NCBI GenBank assembly: GCA_951406725.2 | Contig: OX597830.1 | Span: 32,736,001 to 32,800,000 of the forward strand | Direction of reading: 5' to 3' | Length of the DNA: 64,000 bases | DNA from: Octopus vulgaris | Lineage: Eukaryota | Shown: piece after piece, positions 56,301 to 64,000 of the stretch | How the letters are laid out: every line of letters starts with the position of its first letter | How positions within the stretch are numbered: position 1 is the stretch's first letter | Notes under the pieces: model-generated | Databases searched by the model: none | Seen by the model: only the letters and a program-made list of their open reading frames with translations | Told to the model about the DNA's origin: nothing | Position numbers and translations under genes: made by a program

Positions 56301-56624
56301 AGGAAGAAGGCGGTTGATGGCTTGTAGTTTGGAGAGATTGGAGCGAATGGTGGCCCGCATAAGGCGGTAAGATGTGGTGCGGAGTATGGGTAAGATGGAA
56401 GAATCCGAGTGGAGAGCAGGGTGGAAGTGGAGGCGGAAACCTTTAGGGATGAGTCGGTGATGTAGGCAGCGGCTTAGGAAAGAGACATGGCTAGAGAAGC
56501 GGGTTTTTTTAAAAAGAAGTAGAGAGAGATTAACGGACGGCTGAAGGCGATATACAGGAAGCGAACGTAGATGATCCTTCAAACGGTGATTGAGGGTGAG
56601 GAGGTAGGACCTAGGATCCGGCAT
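53379..56624 (-). CDS. Penelope-like retroelement polyprotein (RT + C-terminal GIY-YIG endonuclease), about 1081 aa from the first in-frame ATG (MPDPRSY...); probably Neptune clade
   Basis: Uninterrupted ORF (track 53379..56720). PLE/TERT-type motifs: FLSRCLHHRLIPKGF, VLGRGLRFIP, IIIKPADKGGAVVVW, RPIVS, DIQSLYTVIPH, QVSGVAMGTRMGPNYANLF, RYIDD, FLD, HSYLNFSSSHP. Cys linker CSRPRCRTC. Endonuclease NIIYCISCSLCNSLYIGQTGRRLADRFAEH...HF...REQELI...GLN. Confidence 0.96.
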   Translation of the reverse strand: MPDPRSYLLTLNHRLKDHLRSLPVYRLQPSVNLSLLLFKKTRFSSHVSFLSRCLHHRLIPKGFRLHFHPALHSDSSILPILRTTSYRLMRATIRSNLSKLQAINRLLPPAFSTFFSSLPPLYAPNTLRFIIHLNQLFHQFLSDTKLRKLQSLFHSTLPDATTPTPPPPFSPPDRLHPPTPNPTAPPYNPFSPPVRLHPPTPNPTAPPNHPPHTSPIPPPQTSTRPTTPPTSIPPTPSPLPSVVTIPPDLPLSAAERSVLGRGLRFIPLTPSCKEFQTRVDVHSFVRRVRLGAHYHDSPPTPNEEDDCFTGLGRRPSPWTPAPGQILAVDLFAGACQRALERFNFSRRQRRLNISPAELLALRSLQRRADIIIKPADKGGAVVVWRADLYRAEAFRQLNDTSFYSPLPSNPTRSYQQTVSSTVQDLISSSRLPRTASNLIVRTPRTPTIYFLPKIHKPNNPGRPIVSACNCPTELISKYLDRVLAPLVASLPSHIHDTNHALRLFNSFSFPPGSSKILFTMDIQSLYTVIPHHEGLQALRHFLDLRSNPVPDTSTLIRLAELVLTLNCFSFAGEFYHQVSGVAMGTRMGPNYANLFVGYVEAQIFSTFTGPTPELYGRYIDDIIGATSLSREHLDSFLSFVQSFHPALHFTSTISNTSVSFLDISVSILDSTLTTSIHYKHTDSHSYLNFSSSHPEHTKLSIPYSQFLRLRRLCSDDHDFETQSQRMAHHFTLRGYPLTTIHTALARARSVDRVSALSPRTRPVVSRLPFPLTYHPTTLRLQRTILRAFRRLQSDPSTSHLFPNRPLPSFKRAHNLRDLLVHSSFPDPTSQPGSFPCSRPRCRTCPYLSNTTRLTSTHHRPYPIIHSFTCTSSNIIYCISCSLCNSLYIGQTGRRLADRFAEHLRDIHLANDTPVSRHFRSTGHSLQHLSVFGLSLHRGHPDSRLRREQELIFSLRSYTPFGLNSPPSSSNPLSPSSPILSPPDPHFFSPSSFHPYSPSLLPSFSLPLPLPSAPSLPLSPSLSPSPSFLLHPSPPLPSPHPLLFTLPSPSSSPPLLPLFSPPPLLLTTPHDFTHHITYDVPY

Positions 56625-57350
56625 GATGGGATAGCGGAAAAAAAAACGTTCGAAAAAACAAAAAAAACAAAAAACAAAAATTATCGTATGAAAAAAATAG
56701 AAAAAAAGGGGAAAAAACAAACGTTCAAAAAAACAAAAAAAATTAAAAAATAAAAAAATAATAATCGTATGAAAAAACTAGATAAGTAAGCGATAGGGGC
56801 AGAAAAGACGGGGCAAACGGAAAAGGGAAAGAAAGAAGGGAAGCAGAGAGAGGGGGAGGCAAAAAAAGGGGGTGCAGGCAGAGGAAACGGAGTATGGACA
56901 TCCAGAGAGGGAAGAAAGACGGAAAGGAGAACAAAAATTCAGGAAAATGTGGAAAGCATGAAATGAATGTAAAAAAAGTGGTAATATAAGAGAAAATAAA
57001 AATACAACAAACGGGACAGTTTATGCGAACAAGTTCAAGGTTGAAAGTTCAAGGTGAGAAATGTGTAGACGTCGTGGTATATTTTTTAAGGATTTCACAT
57101 CAATGCAAAGTCACTTTGATCCGCGAAAGAGAGGTGCAGCCGATGGTAAGTATCCAAGAGGTAAAGAAAATCCAAGGTAGAGGTAAGTGTTGATAGTGGT
57201 ATTGGTAGAATATAGGATGAAAGTGAGACCACGTGAGCGCATAATATATATAACGGGAAGCTTTATGAAAATAAACAAAAGACGAAGGCAGGTGGAAAAC
57301 AAACGAACAATTGTATTAGTATGGCGCTCAGGAAATATAAATAAAACAAG

Positions 57351-57388
57351 TCTTTAACGTTTCGAGCCTACGCTCTTCAACAGAAAGA
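57351..57388 (-). ncRNA. Second identical hammerhead motif in the upstream pseudo-LTR copy
   Basis: Same sequence as 52855-52892. Confidence 0.75.
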
Positions 57389-57859
57389 TACACAGAGAGA
57401 GAAAAACACAGAAAGAAGGAGAGAAAAAAATGCGTGCAGTAGCTAACGAATCAACATGGCGATCTGATTTCGGCCAGAGGTCAAAGATCAAACATGAGAC
57501 GCGAGAGCGAAATAAGGGGAGATAATAGGGTTGAGGGACCAGCTAAAAGTGCGTGGGAGGGGTCTGGATGTGTATGTATAGGGTTGGTGTATGTATTAGT
57601 ATGTATAAGGGTGTGTGTGTGTGTGTGTGTGTGTATGAGAGAGTATCAGTGCGTGGGATTGGTCTGGACGTGCGTATGTATGGGGTTGGTGTATGTATTA
57701 GTATGTATTAGTATGTATTAGTACGTATTGGTATGTATAGGTGTGTGTGTGTGTGTGTGAGAGAGTATAAGTGCGTATGCGGGGTCTGGACGTGTGTATG
57801 TATAGGGTTGGTGTAAGTATTAGTATGTACTAGTATGTATTAGTACGTATTAGTATGTA

Positions 57860-58686
57860 TTAGTTGGTGTGTGTATTAGTATGGCACATCATATGTGATG
57901 TGATGTGTAAAGTCATGTGGTGTAGTGAGGAGAAGAGGGGAGGGGAGAAGAGGGGGAGAAGGGGAGGGGAAGAAGAGGGGGAGGGGAGGGTGAAGAGGAG
58001 AGGATGGGGAGAAGGAAGGGGAGGAGAGGGATGAAGGAGGAAAGAGGGAGAGGGGGAGAGAGAAGGGGAGAGAGGGAGTGAGGGAGCAGAGGGAAGAGGA
58101 AGAGGGAGGGAGAAAGAGGGAAGAAGGGAAGGGGAGTAGGGGTGAAAGGATGAAGGACTGAAGAAGTGGGGGTCGGGGGAGAAAGGATAGGTGAGGAGGG
58201 GGAGAGGGGGGTTAGATGAGGAGGGGGGAGAGTTGAGACCAAATGGCGTATAAGAGCGAAGAGAGAAGATTAATTCCTGTTCACGGCGCAAACGGGAATC
58301 CGGATGGCCTCTGTGTAAGGACAAACCGAACACAGATAGGTGTTGCAAGGAGTGACCGGTGGAGCGGAAATGGCGTGAGACCGGTGTGTCGTTCGCAAGG
58401 TGGATGTCACGAAGGTGTTCCGCGAACCGGTCAGCCAAGCGGCGTCCCGTTTGTCCGATGTACAAGGAATTGCAGAGAGAGCAAGAGATGCAATAGATAA
58501 TATTGCTGGAGGTGCAGGTGAAGGAGTGGATGATGGGATAGGGTCGATGGTGGGTGCTAGTGAGGCGGGTGGTGTTGGAGAGGTAAGGGCAAGTGCGGCA
58601 GCGTGGGCGGGAGCAGGGGAACGAGCCGGGTTGGGAGGTAGGGTCAGGGAAGGAGCTATGGACCAAAAGGTCTCGAAGGTTGTGGG

Positions 58687-58689
<3 letters not shown>
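57860..58689 (-). pseudogene. 5'-truncated duplicate of the PLE ORF 3' part (Cys linker + GIY-YIG)
   Basis: Track ORF 57860..58666 repeats the C-terminus of the main ORF; it is truncated at 58689 next to (TA)n. Confidence 0.9.
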
Positions 58690-58744
<55 letters not shown>

Positions 58745-58870
58745 CGACAGGCTTCTTTCAGTTTCCGTCTACCAAATCCACTCACAAGATTTTGGTCAGC
58801 CTGAAGCTATAGTAAAAGACACTTGTACAAGTTTGAAGATAATGTATAATAAATACAAAATAATGTGAAT

Positions 58871-58901
<31 letters not shown>

Positions 58902-60019
58902 TTAACATCCATTGTCCATGCTGGCATGGGTTGGACGGTTTGACTGGGCTGGCATGCTGGAATGCTACACCAAACACCAGTTTGATTTGGCATGATGCCC
59001 TTCCTAATGCCAACCCCTCCGAGAGTGTAATGGGTGCTTTTACACACCACTGGTATGTGCCACAACTGCGAGTTTGCTCTGCTTCATGGGTCTTATTCTC
59101 AAGCATGACATAATGCCAAAAGTATCAGTCATTGCGTCCATGAGGCCCAACACTCGAAAGGAACTCAGCCACTTTGCCTCTGTGAGGCCAGAATAGCCTA
59201 AATGCTAAAGGGTTAAATTACACGTAATTATCTTTAAAAAGGAGAAATAAATTAGACAATGTTGTTCTAGATACTAAATGTTTGAGAGAAAGAAGTGATG
59301 GGCACAGTTGTAATGTCCTTCAACAAACGTCTGCTCATTATGGGCTGATATGAGATGAATCAACAATTGCCACATCAAACTTGAAACTGTAGATAGATAG
59401 ATAGATAATCTTTTACTATTTCAGCCATTTGACTGTGGCCATGCTGGAGCACCACCTTTAGTCAAGGGAAATCGACCCAAGGACTTATTCTTTGTAAGCC
59501 TAGTACTTATTCAATCAGTCTCCTTTGCTGAACTGCTAAGTTACAGGGGTGTAAACACACCAACATCAGTTGTCAAGCGATAGTGGGGGGTGTGTGACAC
59601 ATATACATATATACGATGGGCTTCTTTCAGTTTCTGTCTACCAAATCCACTCACAAGGCTTTGGTCGGTCCAAGGCTATAGTAGAAGACACTTGCCCAAG
59701 GTGCCACACAGTGAGACTGAACCTGGAACCATGTGGTTGGTAAGCAAGTTACTTACCACACAGCCACTCCTGCGCCTGTATGTATGTATGTAGATGTATG
59801 TACGTTCTTTATTGGCCACACAGGGCTGAACACAGAGGGGATAAATACAAATGTAGAACTTTTCTTTTTGAAAATGAAAAAAAGGGGAAAATAAGAAAAA
59901 AAGTAAAATTCCAATCAAAAGGGGTTGGGAAAAAAAAACGATCAAAAGGGATCGTGTATCACAGAAGAATTTGAAAAATGCAAAAAGTAAGATTAGGTTT
60001 ATCCATGGAAAGATAAGCT

Positions 60020-60420
60020 TACGGAGACCCGCAACCAGCAAAACTGAGAAAACATCACAGATATGTGAGCAGCCATGAGGGGAATGTGCAGATTAGTTAG
60101 GGTTCAGCTCAATCCATCATCACCAAAGATTTGGGTATGAGATGTGTATCTGCCAAGCTTGTGCCAAAAGTTGCTTTCAACTGACCAAAAAGATACTCGG
60201 GTTTCAGTTGCACAAGTTCTTCTGGATTGTGTTGAGAATGGTGAAAAGTTTTGAAAACTTTGCATAGGCCACTGAACAGGTACCACTAAGCTTTTGGCAA
60301 AATTTGATACAGATTGTCTGCTCGACTATCTCTGTCATAGTCAATGGGACAATCACATGCTACACACCTTCCTCTCAAGCACTGCTGTAAACAGTGGGAG
60401 TGAGCTAGAACATTAAAACT
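60020..60420 (+). mobile_element. mariner transposase fragment
   Basis: Manual translation across frameshifts: GRPATSKT...GSAQSIITKDLGMRCVSAKLVPK(L)LSTDQKDTRV, a variant of the mariner WVPHEL linker. Confidence 0.7.
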
Positions 60421-60421
60421 A

Positions 60422-60655
60422 AGGTGGCGAGCTGGCAGAAACGTTAGCATGCCGGGCGAAATGCTTAGCGGTATTTCGTCTGCCATTATGTTCTGAGTTC
60501 AAATTCTGCCGAGGTCGACTTTGTTTTTCATCCTTTTGGGGTCGATAAATTAAGTAACCAGTTATACACTGGGGTCGATATAATCGACTTGATCCATTTG
60601 TCTGTCCTTGTTTGTCCTGTCTATGTTTGGCCCCTTGTGGGTAGTAAAGAAATAG
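60422..60655 (+). mobile_element. tRNA-derived SINE family C (GGCGAGCTGGCAGAAACGTTAGC...GAGTTCAAATTCC...GCCTTTCATCCTTTCGGGGTCGATAAA); other copies about 14503-14703-, 15914-16143-, 21605-21826+, 21935-22578-, 40615-41270+, 42207-42390+, 62793-63240+
   Basis: A/B boxes plus a conserved central domain resembling Meta/Nin-type SINE domains (recalled, unverified); many copies. Confidence 0.85.
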
Positions 60656-61579
60656 GTTAAAACTTAGTGTACATGCAGAGAAGAGTTTAAGGTCAATCTG
60701 TGCCAAGCAGGTTTATTCTGTGTGCTTTAGCTTCGTTACTATGGCAACAGACCAGATACTTATTGATCAGATCACATACACACACATAAATACTCATACA
60801 CGCTTGCATGTGCCTGCGCACCCACCCCCATGCACATACATACACATGCAGACATACGTGCACACATACAAACACATGCATACATACGTGCACGCATACA
60901 CATAATGTCAAGAACTAGGTGGGAACATATCTTCCGAAAGTGGTTACCTCAATGTTACCTCTTAAGATATTCTGTAACACAATATCACCGAGTGAACCCA
61001 AGGCTGGAGGTAGGAACTACATACCTTTATAAGTTACCTGATTAGAGGTATATAACCTGTAATCAGGGTGCACTGAAAGCATCTGGTTTCTTCGTTAATG
61101 ACTAGACTTTCCTTTGTGGAATAATATTAACAAGGAAGACAGAGAGAAAGACGTGAATATATATATGTGTGTATATAAAATGCACCAATCTACCCCTGGT
61201 GAAACTTTTGAATTCATTGAAGTTTTATGAACTGCTTAGCCCTTCAGATAGGAGGCGTAGTGGTGGTGGTGGGGGGTGTGCATAAATAAATTCATATAAA
61301 TATATGTGTTTGTGTATATGTGAGCATGTATACACACAAATTTTTACCTGTAAAAAATATACACATACGTAAATATGTGCATGCATTTATGTATATACTC
61401 ATATAGACAGACAGAGAGACAGACACACAAACACACACACAAGCACATGCCACAGTTACGAGATTTTCTGCACTGTAAGCTTATTAAGATATATACAGAA
61501 AGCTCTCTCTCTCTCTCTCTTGCCCTTTCTCTCTCTCTCTTCCTACACACACGTACACACAGACACACACATATATATG

Positions 61580-61620
<41 letters not shown>

Positions 61621-62302
61621 TCATCATCATCATCGTTTAATGTCCGCTTAAACGATGATGATGATGATGATGATGATGATATATATATATATATATACAC
61701 ACATATATATATATATATATATGTATAGGTATACACATGCACACATATATATATATATATATAAGTTCATTAAAATTTAGATTCAGATGAATATGGTACT
61801 TAAGTTAAAAGCACCAGAATTTAGTATGGTATTATCCATATAATTCAAAATGGGTTGATTATAATTTTGATTGAATATATATATTTACACACAATGTTCC
61901 TAAAGGTCAGCAATGGTCTTCGTCGGATCAAGTGATCAGCCATCATATATACACACACACACATACACTTATTCTATCGGTCTCTTTTGCTGAACTGCTA
62001 AGTTACAGGGAAATAAAATCACTAGCATCAGTTGTCAAGCAATGTTGGGGGTACAAACACAGACACGCAAACATGTACATACACACATACATACATATAT
62101 ATATTTATATATATATATATACACACACACATACACATATACGACAGGCTTCTTTCAGTTTCCGTCTACCAAATCCACTCACAAGGCTTTGGTCGGCTCG
62201 AGGCTATAGTAGAAGACACTTGCCCAAGGTGGCACACAGTGGGATTGAACCCGGAACCATGTGGTTAGTAAGGAAGCTACTTACCACACAGCCACTCCTA
62301 TG

Positions 62303-62390
<88 letters not shown>

Positions 62391-62400
62391 TACATATATT

Positions 62401-62784
62401 AATATTGATAATAGTAAAGAGTATGGGGACTTGTAAATCTGCAAAATTTATTTTATAGTTATAAACAACATACAATGTTGACCTACACATGTTTCTGTAG
62501 TAGCAACTACTCACTGCTGCAAATGCGACCTTACAATTTTGTCAATTCAGATTTGTCAAATTAGTAATGACTCCCCCACCTCCCACTGAACACTAACTAA
62601 CAAAAATTTACTGCAATGAGTTCTCTTTGAAGATGACCGAATGGACATTTTCTGATGAAGCTGTACGGACAATATTGCAAGGTCGCATTTGCAATAGTGT
62701 AGGTCATTATAATATGCTGAATATAAGCAGAAAATAAATTTCATAGATGTAGAAGTCCCCTTATTCTTTATTATTATCAATACT
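62401..62784. mobile_element. Diverged foldback element with long inverted arms
   Basis: 62401-62543 is the imperfect reverse complement of 62668-62784 (e.g. GCAAATGCGACCTTACAATTTTGTC / GACAATATTGCAAGGTCGCATTTGC). Confidence 0.75.
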
Positions 62785-63423
62785 ACCATATTAGGCAGCA
62801 AGCAGGCAGAATTGTTAGCATGCCAGGGCAAAATGCTCAGCGGTATTTCATTTGGCAGAAACGTTAGCGTGCCAGGCGAAATGCTTAGCGGTATTTCGTC
62901 TGCGTTACGTTGTGAGTTCAAATTCCGCCGAGGTCGACTTTGCCTTTCATCCTTTCGGGGTCGATAAATTAAGTACCAGTTACGCACTGGGGTCGATGTA
63001 ATCGACTTAATACCTATGTCTGTCCTTGTTTGTCCCCTCTGTGTTTAGCCCCTTGTGGGTAATAAAGAAATAGGTATTTCATCTGCTGCTACGTTCTGAG
63101 TTCAAATTCCACCGAGGTCGATTTTGCTTCTCATTCTTTTGGGGTTCGATGAAATAAGTACTAGTTATGCACTTGGGTTAAAGTAACTGACTAGACCCCT
63201 TCCCCCAAAATTTTCATGGACTTGTGCCTTGAGTAGAAATAATTATCAATGCTAATATATACTCTAGACAATTTTTACTGTGCAGTGAAGAGTACACAGA
63301 ATTACCCATCGGAGGAATTCATGAAGCAACTAACAACTAATTGTAGTCACAGACTTAGATTCTAATCATTGTGGTTAGCTGTTATCTGGAACTTAACTGA
63401 GAGCTAATACGATATCTGCCTGG

Positions 63424-63458
<35 letters not shown>

Positions 63459-63500
63459 TTATATTACTTATATACATATGTATATACATATATACATATA

Positions 63501-63867
63501 CTAGCTGTATCAGCTGGTGTTGCTTTAGAATTGAAATTTTTGAAAAGTAAAAATTTTGCATTATGTAGCTTGTTATTCTCTTTAAGTGAACATTTTTCTG
63601 GTTGAAATACATGAAAAATGGCGACAGTCAAAAAATCGTTAAAAAATAGGGATTTTCATAGAAAAAAAGCACCTTTTTGATGTAAATAATTTTTGGTGTT
63701 AACATGGTCCAATTTGAATTTTTTCTTCTACGGAAGGAAGAGCAGGCCTTCTTCTATCATACTCTCAATTTTGGTCAACTTGCGCCACAGGGTCTCGGGG
63801 GAGATAGTGTTAGTTGAAGGCTACCAAACCTGCCATACACAGACAACTTCAGCTTTATATATATAGA
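63501..63867 (-). mobile_element. Non-autonomous Helitron, related subfamily
   Basis: Minus strand starts TCTATATATATAAAGCTGAAGTTGTC and ends ...GATACAGCTAG|T with a degenerate version of the same subterminal hairpin. Confidence 0.65.
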
Positions 63868-64000
63868 TAATTGGTATGTGTTCACAAAGTCCAAACGATT
63901 AATACGAAAAAACCCTCCAGGCTACATCCCGAAAATTCATTTCTTTGCCAAATTTCTACAATGTTTACAGCGATTCGTTTTTATATCTTGATTTTTTATT

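Larger units (their letters stand above)
52757..58689 (-). mobile_element. Penelope-like element in partial tandem (pseudo-LTR): 5'-truncated copy 57253-58689 upstream of a full-ORF copy 52757-~57243
   Basis: 52757-54193 is repeated at 57253-58689 (offset 4496). Both outer ends abut (TA)n, and a short TA run lies at the internal junction (57244-57252). This is the known PLE architecture. Confidence 0.95.
52433..58831 (-). mobile_element. Family B SINE split by the PLE insertion (halves about 52433-52756 and 58690-58831)
   Basis: The two flanks join into a normal family B copy across its internal (TA)n. Confidence 0.85.

Noticed and set aside
53379-56624. Selenoprotein-encoding (Naiad-type) PLE
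   Set aside because: No in-frame TGA in the ORF and no convincing SECIS seen.
52757-58689. LTR retrotransposon interpretation of the 1437-bp direct repeats
   Set aside because: The repeats include coding sequence, lack TG...CA ends, PBS and PPT, and there is no gag, protease or integrase; they are PLE pseudo-LTRs.
59100-59190. Possible HDV-like ribozyme in an RTE-type 5' fragment (minus strand CCTTTCGAGTGTTGGGCCTCATGGACGCAATGAC)
   Set aside because: Could not build P1/P2 of the double pseudoknot from this copy; would need the family consensus.
62652-62740. CTGATGA...GAAA possible hammerhead
   Set aside because: No clean stem I/II closing the core; the local symmetry is explained by the foldback element arms.

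Overview
AT-rich, microsatellite-dense eukaryotic DNA that is almost entirely repeats. The SINE families look like those of octopod cephalopods (inference from recalled consensus sequences, not a search). Nearly all short ORFs in the track are artefacts of (TA)n/(CA)n/(AAT)n/(GAA)n tracts. The one intact gene is a Penelope-like retroelement (PLE, probably Neptune clade; RT plus GIY-YIG; minus strand, about 53379-56624). It sits in a partial tandem (pseudo-LTR) at 52757-58689, inserted into the (TA)n of a SINE, with two nearly identical 1437-bp copies. The most interesting signal is a set of minimal type-I hammerhead ribozyme (HHR) motifs. Two are in the PLE 3' ends and carry a non-canonical CUGUUGA core. 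One canonical motif lies in an orphan PLE-type 3' end (47109-47143), and one decayed motif lies at 47341-47386. One more lies inside a tRNA-headed SINE-like element (25316-25612) whose 5' flank is an inverted copy of its own tail, starting next to the predicted cleavage site. This suggests a Pol III SINE that uses the PLE/hammerhead machinery. Also present are R4/Dong-like and CR1 LINE remnants, maT and mariner transposase remnants, hAT-, piggyBac- and foldback-type MITEs, non-autonomous Helitrons, four SINE families and a 24-bp minisatellite. No host gene could be identified with confidence. Repeat boundaries are approximate unless stated.
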